Source: Mustelus asterias
Taxonomy: Eukaryota
NCBI RefSeq assembly: GCF_964213995.1
Contig: NC_135819.1
Coordinates: 8,618,001-8,682,000, forward strand
DNA: 64,000 bases
Direction: 5' to 3'
A program made the translations under genes and the position numbers. Shown here one piece after another: positions 1 to 12,737 of the stretch. Under the pieces are notes generated by a model. It worked only from the letters and a program-made list of their open reading frames with translations, was not told the DNA's origin and ran no database searches. How positions within the stretch are numbered: the stretch's first letter is position 1; the number at the start of each line of letters is the position of its first letter.

Positions 1-1419
1 CATGATCGGTTGGGTTAGATTTGCGGTCTTTTACATTTTAACATAGTGGTCAACACAACTTCACCCAATTGGGGTTAAAATTACTCTCAATGTATTTGTT
101 TTACTCTCTTTTCCTTTTGGTTTCACTCTATGGGGGCAATTTTCCAGCCTTGCTGTGCCTGGCGCAGATCGTGCCGATCCTGGAAAATTTTGTGTGGGCC
201 TAAAAATGGGTTTCACACTCAGCGCCAAACAGTTTGCAATTGTCCAACTCCTTTGCTACTGGCACAAACTGGATCGTGCCCAGAAAGGGCACAAGGCAGA
301 TTAGCATGAGATTGACTTGATTTCAAACTCATAATCGAGTTCGGCACGCGATCATCCCCCCTACTGGAATGTTCCCAACCACCCCAGCAGGAAGTCACAT
401 GGGCGCAAATCATTACTGGTCCCTTGAAGTGTGGTTCAGGCGCCACAATTGTGAGGGTGGGCGAGGAGGTGAGTACCACTTAGCACTAACCTCTAGGGTG
501 CAAAAGGGAGAGTCAGTGAGCCATGGTGCAGGGTATGGGGACATTCAAGGGTGCAGGGACTTGGGGGGGTGCTCGGGCTGGGCCATACATTCCATCCACT
601 AACCGTTACAAGAACCAGGTCTGGCAGCTGTTACCCCAATCAAGGGAGCTTGGCAGATACTAACACGGCTCTTCACACTGTATGAACTCCGCAATATTCC
701 TTACAATGGGCACCCGTCGCATAAAAGTTAGGAGGGTGCTTTTCTGTCTGAACTGCACGCCATTTCTGGAAGCTAGTTTGTACCATATATCCAAGTGGGT
801 GCATGTAGGTTTATACTGCAAGAGTTCCTCATTGAGCACCTTCTCACAGCCATCCTTATGCTCTACATGAACGCCAGAGCGCTGAGCCCAGCCTGTTATA
901 TGCTGCCGCCATTGGCCTGTGGTATGGGAGTCCGTATCTGGAGAGGTTGGCTTTCCGAAGAGGCAGCTTTGTGCCTCACACCAGTGGCCACATAACTGCA
1001 CTGGGGGTGCAGAAGGCATCATGCCACATTATGTGAAGGGATGTTACATGTGGAGGCCATTAGTAACCATGTGGAGGCATAAGCAATGCCCATGGGTGCT
1101 GAGGCGATGATGTGTAATGGTTCGCAGCCAATTGAGGTGGCGCATGGCAATGGGATTGTCGGGTTGTCAGCTTTTGAGGATCATGAGGACGTGGGGTGCT
1201 GGCCAGAGGAGCCATTAATCTTGGGATTGGGCCAGTAGAGCTGGCAGTAATCCTCGTTGCTGCTGTCAGCAGGTGGCTGACAGACATCGCCACCTGCGGT
1301 AAGGCCAATCCAGGCTGGAGGCCACACCAGAATGATAGGGGACCACTGGCCAGGCTCAGGACCTGGCTGCCCATCGGTCCGAGGAGGTGGCCAGAAGATG
1401 GAGGAGTAGTTGACCTCTG

Positions 1420-2262
1420 AACTACAGGACACGCATTTCCTATAACAAACTGCCGGGCACCATGTGCCACCAAAGACTCCACATGAGCAAGGAGACAGTG
1501 CGGATCCTGTGCACATCCATGTGGACCTGGCACTTCATAGGGGAGGAGGACACCGGCCCCCAGTGGCCGTGAAGGCCACGGCAGCCCTAAACCTTTTTGC
1601 CACCAGATCGTTCCAGGGTTCGAGAGGGGACCTGTGTGGCATCTCTCAATCTTCAGCCCACAGGTGCATCTGGGAGGTCACAGTGGCCTGGGCATCCCAC
1701 AACATCATTTTGACCTGGGCCAGGCCCAACAAGATGCCTAGGCTGCAGGCTTTGTCGCATTGCCGGCATTCCTCAGGTGCAGGGGGGTATAGATGGCACG
1801 CATGTCACTTTATGAGCCCCATGGCATCAGGGAGTGCCCTTCATCAAGTGCCTCCACTCCCTGAATGCCTAAATTGTGTGTGACCACATACTAAACATCA
1901 TGCGCATGTGTGCATGCTATCCGGGGAGTGTGCATGACAGCTTCACCCTGGGGCACTCAGATATCCCTGGAGTCTTCGAGGACCACCCCAGGCTGCATTG
2001 GCATCATCAGCCATGACCTCAGCAGGAAAGACTTCCTGCTGAGGTCATGGCTGATGATGCCAATGCAGAGGCCTGAGACCAAGGCGGAGACCGCTATGAT
2101 GAGGCCCACGCTGCCACCCAATCTATCATTGAGCGGTGCATTGGCCTGCTGAAGATGCAGTTCTGCTGCCTGGACTGCTCTGGAGGTGCTCTGCAATACA
2201 GCCCCAGAGAGTCTCTTGCATCATGGTGGTCTGCTGTGCACTCCACAATCTGGCATAGCAGT
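1420..2262 (+). pseudogene. Harbinger (HARBI1-like, DDE_Tnp_4) transposase remnant, frameshifted
   Basis: Motifs spread across frames: AVKATAALNLFATRSFQ..DLCGISQSSAHRCI, PQVQGGIDGTHV, HDSF, IERCIGLLKMQFCCLDCSGGALQYSP. Confidence 0.85.
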
Positions 2263-2718
2263 GGGGTGACATCTGGCTGGCCTTGTCAGCGAGTGACTTG
2301 TCCAGGTAAGAGTGTGATGATGACTCACTGTGAGGCCTGCTGTGATGCTGTCCTGGTTCTGCCGAAGTCTGACTCCTGCCTGTCTTCTGACTGCAAATAG
2401 ATGCCTGTCCCATGTCTGCATGAGTCCAATGCTCTGGACCTAGGATAAGTGGGTGAGGAGGCTGCCATTTCAGGCCATGTGGGTCTCCATGGCCCTCATT
2501 GTTGGAATTGCTTGGGGGGACCGATAGGAGATGCTGAGTAGAGATGGGGTAAGGAACTCCCTGTGGGAAATGGATCAAAGAGGAGTTGCGGCTTTGAGGT
2601 GCAATATGCTTTAATGTTGCTTATTTACAATGCCAATAATCCTGCCTCTAACTATGGTGTCTGCCTTCACCCGTGTCCCTTAATCATCTTAATCTTATGT
2701 GGCCTGGCACTATGTGCC

Positions 2719-3053
2719 GGCACGGTAGCACAGTGGTTAGCACTGCTGCTTCACAGCTCCAGGGTCCCGGGTTCGATTCCCGGCTCGGGTCACTGTCTGT
2801 GTGGAGTTTGCACATTCTCCTCGTGTCTGCGTGGGTTTCCTCCGGGTGCTCCGGTTTCCTCCCACAGTCCAAAGATGTGCGGGTTAGGTTGATTGGCCAG
2901 GTTAAAAATTGCCCCTTAGAGTCCTGAGATGCGTAGGTTAGAGGGATTAGCGGGTAAAATATGTGGGGGTAGGGCCTGGGTGGGATTGTGGTCGGTGCAG
3001 ACTCGATGGGCCGAATGGCCTCCTTCTGCACTGTAGGGATTCTATGATTCTAT
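2719..3053 (+). mobile_element. V-SINE (HE1-like, tRNA-derived) with CR1-type tail
   Basis: Head with A box and B box GGTTCGATTCC, V-domain GTGTGGAGTTTGCACATTCTCC...CCGGTTTCCTCCCACAGTCCAAAG, tail ending in (ATTCTATG)n. Confidence 0.9.
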
Positions 3054-3149
3054 ATCTGGTTTAACGCCTAACCCCAGGATGCACATCGGAGGCAGAGGCA
3101 GTCTGCAATGTTCCGCACCCCATGGCCTATGATGCCCTTGGTGGCATGG

Positions 3150-3748
3150 TTGCAGTGTGTCCTTGTCCACCAGTCACTGAAGGTAAGCATGCAGGTGCAG
3201 CAGGCGGTAAAGAAGGCAAGTGGTATGTTGGCCTTCATTCCGAGAGGTTTTGAGTACAGGATGTGTTGTTGCAAATATGCAGGGCCTTGGTGAGGCCACA
3301 CCTAGAGTATTGTGTGCAGTTTTGGTCTCCTTTTCTGAGGAAGGATGTTCTTGCTCTCGAGGGAGTGCAGCTGATTCCGGGGATGGCGGGACTGATGTAC
3401 GAGGAGAGATTGACTAGGTTAGGATTGTTTTCGCTGGAGTTCAGAGGAATGAGGGGGAATCTCATAGAGACTTGTAAAATTCTAACAGGACTAGGCAGGG
3501 TAGATGCAGGGGGGATGTTCCCGATGGTGGGGGTGTCCAGAACCAAGGGGTCACAGTCTGAGGATTCGGGGTAGACCATTTAGGATGGAGATGAGGAAAC
3601 ATTTCTTCACCCAAAGAGTGGTGAGCCTGTGGAATTCATTACCACAGGAAGTAGTTGATGTCAAAACGTTGAATGTATTCGAGAGGCGGCTGGATATAGC
3701 ACTTGGGGCGAACGGGATCAAAGGTTATGGGGAGAAAGCAGGATTAGG
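3150..3748 (+). mobile_element. CR1 LINE 3' fragment
   Basis: ORF2 C-terminal peptides LVRPHLEYCVQFWSP, LGLFSLE, FFTQRVVSLWNSLP. Confidence 0.9.
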
Positions 3749-3932
3749 TGACAAGTGGCATATGTCAGCACCATACATCAACAAGCAGGGGTTGTGACGA
3801 GGAGTGCCAGAAGATTTGAGGATGAGCCGGGGGGACGGGGGGGGGCGGGGGGGCGGTCAGGTGCTGGAAGTCTGTGTGGTGTCAGGGAGTGAATTGATGT
3901 GGACATTCCAGATGTGACATATAGACACTCAC

Positions 3933-4177
3933 CCTTGCAGCTCGAATAACGTCATTCATTTTCTTGCGGCATTGGACGCCAGTCCTCAGTGTCAGGCCGC
4001 AGGCACTGCCTGCCATACAGCCACCGCATCCCATTCCGCATTCACTTCCCTGCTCCTAGGTCGCCTACCCTCTCGGGGATTCACGTTGGCCCGTCTCTCC
4101 TGTACTCCACCTAAGAGCCTTCCAAGAAATGCCTCTGAGAAGTGTAGCTCTCCACGCTGTCGTCCTCCTGGCATGAC
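3933..4177 (-). pseudogene. Myb/SANT-like (trihelix) DNA-binding protein exon of the Harbinger
   Basis: Peptide FSEAFLGRLLGGVQERR...EWDAVA...RK.NDVIRAA resembles Harbinger Myb-like proteins and ends at a canonical donor AGG|GTGAGT (3932-3927). Confidence 0.65.
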
Positions 4178-4394
4178 TGGCTGTGAGTGCAGAGGGAGCA
4201 TTTAAATGCAGCTCCCCCTTGTTAACAGTATACAGCTGCAACCCAGTTCGGGTGAGTCTCACGCCTGCAGACTCCACGCCATCATGTTTCACGTGGGAGT
4301 TCATTCAGTGTACTAAGTGTGGGGCGATTGCAGTCCAGTCTGCGCCGGACAGACCGGCATGGATCACACGGATTTTCTTACCGTTATGACAATT

Positions 4395-5501
4395 GGGACG
4401 CAATCTTATGAAAAAAATTTGAAATGACGTATGAGTGAGAAAACGGGAGAGAATTGTGCTGTTTTCTTCGGCGAGCTGCAAGTCGCAATCTTATGGCACT
4501 TAGTGCAAAAAAAGAACCAGGATGCGATTCTTGCTAGTAAGGGGGGGGAGCAGAGCCTAAGCTCTAGGGGTGCCATTGTTCACGTGCCCTGATCTCCTGA
4601 TGTACTGGGAGATCTTCTGCCCCTCCCCCACTGCCCTCATGGACGTCAGAACCCAAACCTGCCAAACATGCTGATCGCTCCCCGTGCTGGTCTCCGCACC
4701 ACCCGCTGATCAGCCCCTGCGCTAGTCTCCCAGCATCCCCTCCCGCCGATCACTCCCTGTGCCAGTTCCCCCCCCCCCCCACCCTACCGATCACCCCCAT
4801 CTACAGAGATCTCTCCTCCCAATCACCACCCCTTCAGAGCTCCCCTTCCCGTCCCAATCACCACACCTGCAGAGCTCCCCTTCCCTCCCCTGTCACCACC
4901 CCTCTAGAGCTCCCCTTCCCCCCGATCACCACTCTGCAGAGCTCCACTTCCCTCATCCCTTTGGAGCTCCCCTCTTGTCTATCTGCCTTTGTTGCCCCAC
5001 CCACACTCAGGCTCCACCCCCCCACTCAGGCCCTAGTCCCTTGGTGCCGCCCTGGCACAATTATGGTGCCTAATGGGCAGTGCCATGGTGTCCAGTGGGC
5101 ACTGCCAGGGTGCCAGGTGGACACTGCCAGGCTGGCAGTGCCACATGGGCACTGCCCGGTCCTGTCCCTGACCACCTTCAATGGCCTCCGATTATCCCAC
5201 CGATGAAGCCATCAAGTCTGGTCTCCTCTGATGGAAACTAGCTGTGATTCTCGCTGGTCAGAGGCTTGACCTCACGTGGGGTTAAGGTTTGTGAGCCCGG
5301 ACAAAAGCGCTTGGGACTCGCTAATGACATGTTAAACATGTCATAAATATTTACATTAGGTTTTGCCGGCAGAACAGGGCTGGTAAGATTGGGGGGGGGG
5401 GGGTGAGAAATTGGGCATGAATCTGATTTTTCACCTCTCACCCAACCTTACCACCTGGCCTCACAGAACAATGAGTGGGAAGAGGTCGTAAGACCATGCC
5501 C
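4395..5501. mobile_element. Non-autonomous Harbinger-type element nested just inside the host's right end
   Basis: Imperfect TIRs GGGACGCAATCTTATG / CGTAAGACCATGCCC. It splits ACCGTTATGACA from the terminal GGAAAATT motif, which lie close together at 46346-46384. C-rich internal repeats. Confidence 0.55.
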
Positions 5502-8219
5502 AAAGTCAGTTTTTGGGAAAATTCTGCCCAACGTTTCTCAATCTCTATGTTTGCTCACTTACTCTCCATGATTTATTTTTACCCTCTGCATCCTTCTATA
5601 AATTTTGTTTCTCTCCCCAGACCTCTCTGCATCCCTTACACTCTATTTATTCCCTGATGTTGCTCTTGGATTATGTTTTCTCTTTTGTTGCGCCTCCATC
5701 TCAATCTCTCAATCCTGTTTACTATCTTTTTTCTCTGTATTTTTAAAATCTCTCTAAATTTATAGCCTTGCAGTCTTGTAATGATTAGATTTTGCTTTCC
5801 CCAGTAAGCAGATTAAAACCATCTTTTAGAATCTCACATCCTCTTGTACCAGCACACACTGAGTTTGCTCCTGTATTCTACCATCCTCTAATTACAGGCA
5901 GTGACGCACAGACAAGAAGCAGTATCTCAGTCCTGAATCTTTCATGCTTCACCTAAATATGGGACTGCATGGATATTCCTTTCCCATGAAGAGCCACAGC
6001 TCTGCTTTAAATGTCTCGTCCTTGCAGCAAATCTCTGAATCTCTGAACTGCATGCTTGGAGTGACGCAGGCAGCTAATATGTGCTGTGTAGGTTTTTTAA
6101 AAAATCTCTTACATTCACCCTTAGAGATTCATTTATAAATTATACCTGTAATTTTAGTAACAGATTGGTTATTCAAAAAGACACATTTGTTTCTTGTCAG
6201 GAAGGCATGACTTAATAGAAAGTATCCTGGTGCACTTGCTGTTCCTTGCTGGCATTCAGTCTACGTGACCAGAATAATTATTAATAGTAACAGTAATAGC
6301 AAAGCACAATACTGCGGATGCTGGAAAACTGAAATAAGAAAAAAAAAATGCTGGAAATACTCAGCAGGTGAGGTGGGCGTGATTTTCTGGTCCTGGTAGC
6401 AGCAGGCATCGTGGCGGGTGGACTGGAAATTTCAAAGTGCGGCCAAAAGCCAGTTTAGCGCCGGCGTAAAAACAGATTGCAATTTTCTGCTCTTGACTTT
6501 GATGGTGGATCGGATTGCCCACCGTGCCATGTCAGGAAATGTATTTGCATCTCAAGAATGCTCATTAAAAGCCCAGCTCACCGGAATCATGATCCCACTC
6601 CAGTGGGAGCATGATTCAAATAGCCATGCCGATGGCTAATTAGACTGCTGTGAATCACAACCGAATAACTGACATGCACCTGGAAAACTGAACATCACTT
6701 GCGACTTTGAGCTTTGTGCCTGCAGAGCTTGCCTGTCTTTCACTGCCCTGCGCTCACAGCTGCTCCAGCTCTGATTCCATGCCAAGGCTGCTCGGGCAAG
6801 ATCAGTGGGAAGAGAAGAGCTGGGAGGCACACGCTTGACTGGCTGGGGGGTTGTGACTGGCATCTGATGGAGGAGGAAGGGGTGAACAGAGAACATGATT
6901 GAAGGGAGTGGAACCCTGGGCAGTGCACACCATGATACAAGGATGTGCCTGGCACACATGTCCATGTCCCTGTCCAGAGACTGCGTGCTGTATCAGTCAT
7001 GCACAGCATGGCGTGGTTATCCCTCACATTTGTGTTCTGGGCGTTGGTCGATTGGTACTGGGCCGCAGATGCCACAGTCAATGGAGGCACCTGCAACTTG
7101 TAAATGAGGAACTAGTAGATAAGGGAACGGGTCTCATGGGAGGGGAGGGTCTTAATAGGTTACTCTGTATAGGACCTCAAGATGGGGAGGGGTGAGGTTG
7201 ACATGAGACATTGGGACATCAACAGATATGTTTTGGGGGGTAGGACAAAGATATTATGATGGGCTCCAGGGTTAAAGGGGGAGGCAGGAGAGTGATCGGA
7301 GGGAGGGAAACTTGCAAATGATGTCCTTCCAGGATGATAGGTTGATGATGGGACATGGTCAGGGTGCTGTTGGAAGCTGGTGTCATAGAAGAAGCAGAGC
7401 AGCTGATGGAATAACGGAGTTGGAGAATAACATTGGAAATAAAATCAGCAGGGGAGAGATCTGAGGGCTTGTGGGAGGAGTTAACTACTGCATTTTTAGG
7501 CTGATTGAAGGAGCACCCTAATGGCTTCCACATCAGGATGTGGCGAACAAGGCTCATTTGACACATCAGGAAGACTCGAATGCCAATTGAAGGATTTGGG
7601 CAATCGTTGCAACAAACCATTACATCTTGGGGATAGATGTCGAATGGGTGTGAATGACCATTTATCCATTCCATAGGAATGCTGAAAGGTCAGAAGGGTC
7701 CAACTGTAAAATCCTTCAAAGACCTCTAGACATTGCAGTTGAGATGTTAAGGCATTACAAGACTTAACGATTAGTCATTTACTCTACTCCAAAGGAGGTA
7801 GCCTGACAATGCTATGACTGATGTTTATAATACCTGTCGGTACTCAGCCAGATCCAATCCAGTCATGCCTTGGAGGTGGTTTTAGGGTGATGGACACAGC
7901 TTCCAGTGATCCTTAAGGTTGTGTCACAGCTGCAAAGGAAGGTCTGGTGGTGGAATGCCTGGAGTGAGGGTAGCCCAAGGGTAATGTTAAATCATGTCTT
8001 TGTTCAATTTTTCCACAATGACGAAGAGGAGTGTACAATTGAGGCAACAGGCATCACTGCCTTTTTCATGGCTCTCATGCAAATGAGAAGAAGAAGAGCC
8101 TATTGCCATTAGGCAAGGCAGAGGGAAGAATCTCGCCTTGTGGAGCATGAGCCAACGGGGCCTCAAGGAAGACCCAGAAGTTGAGGCAGAGAGACCAATT
8201 CCATGGAGACATTTCGCCC

Positions 8220-9060
8220 AACCCACTGTGTGCCAAAGACGCCTCTCATACTTATAGATGAGCAGGAGACAGTGCTGAAGATGCCTTCACTTATCAAGGA
8301 ATGTGGTGGCTCACACCTGCCATATTCTTGAGAGGATCGGATGCTGCAGGGCCTGAAAGGGCCTTGTCAATGGCTCTAAAGGTGACTGTTGCACTCAACC
8401 TTTTTGCAAGTGGCTCATTCCAGACCTCCACAGTGGACCTCTGTGGACGATCACATAAATGCATCCGAGAGGTGGATGCCCAATTCAGCAAGGCACACAA
8501 TTACATCTAGTTCTCCCTGGGTGAAGCCACCCAGAGTAGTGGGATTTGCTGTGATCTCCAGTTTTCCACAGGTGCAGAGTACCATCGACATGTGACATTA
8601 AAAGTTCCCTGGCAGCAGCCACAATGATTCATAATTAGAATAGTCTTCCACTCTCTCAAGTTGCAGCTGATCTATGATCACAAAAAAACAGATTATACAA
8701 GTCCATGTGAGATACCCTGGGAGCTTATATGATTTTTGCATCTTGAGACGCTTGCAGGTGCCATAGATCTTTTAGGGCCATCGATGCATTCAGGGTTGGC
8801 TGATTGGTGACAAAAGCTACTCCTAAAAGATGTGACTAATGATGCCCGTTCAACGGTCACGGAGTGCTTCAGAGGAGAGGTGCAACTTTGCAAATCTGTA
8901 GCACACTCCTTGAATGAGCAGACCATTGGCATGTTGAAGATGCATTTCAGATGTCTGGACCAGTCAGGTGGTGCCCTCCAGTACTGTCCCCAGAGGATGT
9001 CCTACATCATTGTTGTTTGTTGCGCTGTACACAACCTGGCACTCCAAAGGGGGGAATGAG
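8220..9060 (+). pseudogene. Harbinger transposase remnant
   Basis: ALKVTVALNLFASGSFQ..DLCG, FPQVQSTID, EQTIGMLKMHFRCLDQSGGALQYCPQRMSYIIVVCCAVHNLAL. Confidence 0.85.
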
Positions 9061-10242
9061 TTGACAGATGGAGGAGCTGCACGTCTCCTCCAATGAGGAG
9101 GATGTCAAGAGAGATGAGCTTGATGAGGGTGGGGATTTTGAGGCCTCAGATGAAGGGGCCATAGAATGGGTCAGATGTGACTGACATGCCCCTGAGACTC
9201 TTACAACCATAAGGTACCACTAGCTCATACAAGCTTTCACCTGTGTCCTCTATGCAGGCTGACATTAGCACCTTATTTGCTGTCCTCAGCACCTCAATGA
9301 AGGACATTAATCTCAGAGTAGTCACAATCTTGCAACGTGATGGCCTCATCTTTGGAAGGATAGACAGCCTCGACACCATGTGGCCATTCTGTTATGGGAT
9401 AACTCACTATGAAGAAATTGGACATGCCTCAGTCTTTTTAAGCATTGCACCAATATTTTGCTGCCTGTGACAGCCTTCATCAAGCAGGAACAGCATTGTA
9501 AACCTCAGGCATTCATGGCAGTTTGCCTGGACTTTGCAAGGCACCTCAAGGAAGACAATCATCAATCAATGGTGCTTGTGTGAACATCTGACAACTGATC
9601 TGAATCTGGACTGTGGCATCTCACCACAGGCCATCCCTCATGCAAGAATAATGTTCAGGCTACATCCTCATATTGAGCCCCAGCATGAGATTGTTTTTTT
9701 AGGATGCTGTGATCTTTCACACTCCGTCATGGATGCGAACCTGCAAGTCAGGTCACCTTTATGTGCACAGAGATAGCTTCAGCAGCACCATTGCCTGATC
9801 ATTGACAAGCACTCATGACACAGTCTTTGTCTGGAGCTTTACGGTTCACATTCAGCATTGCCTTGACACCTGGATGGGAGGTGGTCCAGTAGAGTTTAAC
9901 ACAGCATTTAAGCATTACTTTGCAACTTTGTTGACAGTAATGCACACATATCAGATGTACTGGAGCTTCACTCTAATCCCATCTGAGGTCTCCACACTTT
10001 CATTCCAAAATTTCCAGATATACACAAGTAAGCCTGGGACACTGATGGCATTGTCACATTCAGATAACCATGTCCACTGCTTGTGGGATAGCTAGCTCAG
10101 GGATTCTGTCAAACCATACTAGATAAACTTTCAGGTACAAACCACCAACCTCCCATTGAATAGCGCAGTATCATGAGCCTAGACACACTCCTCTAATTTT
10201 GCATAGTTGTGACCTCCGAGCAGACATTTCACCAAGTGCAGC

Positions 10243-10728
10243 ATGGTGGAACAGTGGTTAGCACTGTTGCCTCACAGCGCCAGAGACCCGGGTTCAATTC
10301 CGGCCTTGAGTGACTGCGTAAAGTTTGCGCATTCTCCCCCTGTCTGTGTGGATTTACTCCGAGTGCTCCAGTTTCCTCCCACAGTCCAAAGACATGCAGG
10401 TTAGGTGCATTGGCCCCTTAGTGTCCAGGGATGTGTGGGTTGGGTGGATTAGCCATGGCAGATGCACAGGGTTATGGGGGTAGGGTCTGGTGGGATGCTC
10501 TTTTGATGAGTCGGTGCAGACTTAATGGACCAAAATCAGCACCAAGGGATTCTATGCTTCTACGAAATTGCCAAATATTTTACAAAACAGTGGGTTAGGG
10601 AGATTAACAGGGTAAATATGTGGTGTTACAGGGATAGGGCCTGGGTAAGGATGTTCTGCTGAAGAATCGGTGCAGACACAATAGGCCAAATGGCCTCCTT
10701 CTGCACTGTAGGGATTCTATGATTCTAT
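10243..10728 (+). mobile_element. Diverged V-SINE followed by a second V-SINE 3' tail
   Basis: Head, V-domain and two ATTCTATG tails similar to 2719-3053. Confidence 0.8.
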
Positions 10729-12398
10729 ACTCACTAAGTCCATAGTTCTGCATCATGCAGGTGGAGAGTGGGAACTACTACAGGGGTGATGTCTAGCTGT
10801 ACACATGGTCACGACTTTCACTTGAAACGTAACCCATGCCTGACAGACATTACATGGAGGCCATTGAAAGATGTTCCAATTTAGAATGACTCCAATGTGG
10901 GTCACCATTAAAACCTATAAGATACACTTCAGTGCAGCAGCATCAGGAGAATAAACAAAACTGCAAAATCTATACTCATGAGCCCATAAGATATGATCCT
11001 CTGACTTCTAAGACATGCATTGCCCAACCGCCATGTTGATAGAGTACCAGGCTTTGCTCATGTTACTGCTACAGACAGAAAGTCGACTTGCTGTATTGAG
11101 ATTGTGCAAAACACCATAGAACTGGGGGACATGATGGGAGATAAGTGAGGGGGGGGAGCTTCTGTTACACTTGTATGACCTCTGATCATTGCATCAGATG
11201 GAAGAGCCATTGCCGATAATATGAAACTTGCAGATAAGCAAAATATATTTACAAACATGAAAACTATACCCTGTGAGTGAGCACCCGTGCCATCATCAAT
11301 ATTTGTTTTTTTTTTACCCTACCACTACAGCTGACTGCTATGCCCTGTTATCTGTAATGACCTTGGTGGGTGTTGTCAGGAGGGCCAATGCCTGGAGGCC
11401 CTTGGCCTGGTTTGAGTCCACTGCTATGGAGCAGGTGCACTCTCCTCAGCCTGAGTAGTTGGAGTTGCTTGGAGGTCACAGGCAGAGGGGACGTGGAGTG
11501 ACTGGACAGCCCAGCAGAGCCTTGGATGGGTTGACCCAAGGTGTCCAGCTGATGTTCTTTCTCCCTGACTCCTTGAGGTGAAGGGCTCTTGAAGGAGATT
11601 GAGATGTTCATCCCCCTCTCGCATAGCCACTGATGGATCCCACTCTTGGTTATAGCGGTGGTGTGCAGGTCCAAGTGCATAACCAGCACAAACTACTGGA
11701 CCAAGTTCTCCATGGCGGTTACCCAGCTTCCAATGTTGATCTTGATGCCCTGGAATGTTGGTGCCACGACAGTCTTTCAAGTGTTGGTAATGTTTATCCA
11801 TCACATTTATCCATCACTTCCTCCGTCTGCTGTTGACCAGAATCTGGGCTGTACTCACCAGATGGTGACCTTGAGCCTGCTCTAAAACTAGGTCCCATGA
11901 GGTTTTTCTGCTGGTGAAGAGTGCAGGTTAGCACAGTGACAGCTCTACATTTAGTGAGTTGTCAGGATGCTCATCCGATGAGGTCTGGGGGTAGGTGCTG
12001 ATGGGCAGGCTGGCAGTGTACGTCCTGTCCTCCCTTTCTTGCTGGTGGCTGCAATAGAGAAAATAGATAATTCGTGATTCCCTGGATCGAGACCTACATT
12101 GAAGAGCACTCACAGTTGTGTAGGGTGGGCAAAGACTACTGGTTGAAGCCTCACTGGCTTGTTGGGATGCCAATCTTTCCTTCGGTGCAGGAATGGTCCC
12201 TGTCTTCACTGGCCAGCTCTACTGCCTGTTCTTCAAAGGTGGTGAGTGGCTTGAGCTCTGGCTACCCCATCCCCTCCTCCTGTCTGGGATCTCTCCCTGT
12301 TGTTGTGGGTGATCATAAACTATGATTTTACCAAAGGGCATGGCAGGGGCTGAATGGCTGCCTCCTGCTTCTAATTTGCATCCTAATAAGCAGTATGT

Positions 12399-12737
12399 AA
12401 GCACAGTGGTTAACACTGCTGCTTCACAGCTCCAGAGACCCCGTGTTCGATTCCCGGCTTGGGTCACTGCGGGGTGTGTGGAGTTTGCACATTCTCCTCG
12501 TGTTTGCGTGGGTTTCCTCCGGGTGCTCCGGTTTCCTCCCACAGTCCAAAGATGTGCGGGTTAGGTTGATTGGCCATGCTAAAATTGCCCCTTAGTGTCC
12601 TGAGATGCGTCGGTTAGAGGGATTAGCGGGTAAATATGTGGGGATATGGGGGTAGGGCCTGGGTGGGATTGTGGTCGGTGCAGACTCAATGGGCTGAATG
12701 GCCTCTTTCTGCACTGTAGAGTTTCTATGATTCTATG
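12399..12737 (+). mobile_element. V-SINE
   Basis: Close match to 2719-3053. Confidence 0.9.

Larger units (their letters stand above)
132..5529 (+). mobile_element. Decayed PIF/Harbinger DNA transposon with nested insertions
   Basis: Imperfect TIRs GGGGGCAATTTTCC (132) and GGAAAATTCTGCCC (ends 5529). Contains transposase and Myb/SANT-like remnants. Both ends resemble the deleted derivative at 45349-46384. Confidence 0.75.
6375..12320 (+). mobile_element. Second, more decayed Harbinger-like element (boundaries uncertain)
   Basis: Starts with TIR-like GGGCGTGATTTTC and contains a transposase remnant. Right end not identified. Confidence 0.4.

Noticed and set aside
2719-2790. tRNA genes
   Set aside because: The tRNA-like sequences are SINE heads joined to V-domains and LINE-type tails.
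6690-6840. Possible second Myb-like remnant on the minus strand
   Set aside because: Only a weak AAVSAG..KTGKLCRHK resemblance, too degraded to call.
1420-9060. Domesticated HARBI1/NAIF1 genes
   Set aside because: Multiple stops and frameshifts, and the sequences lie inside TIR-bounded or repeated elements.
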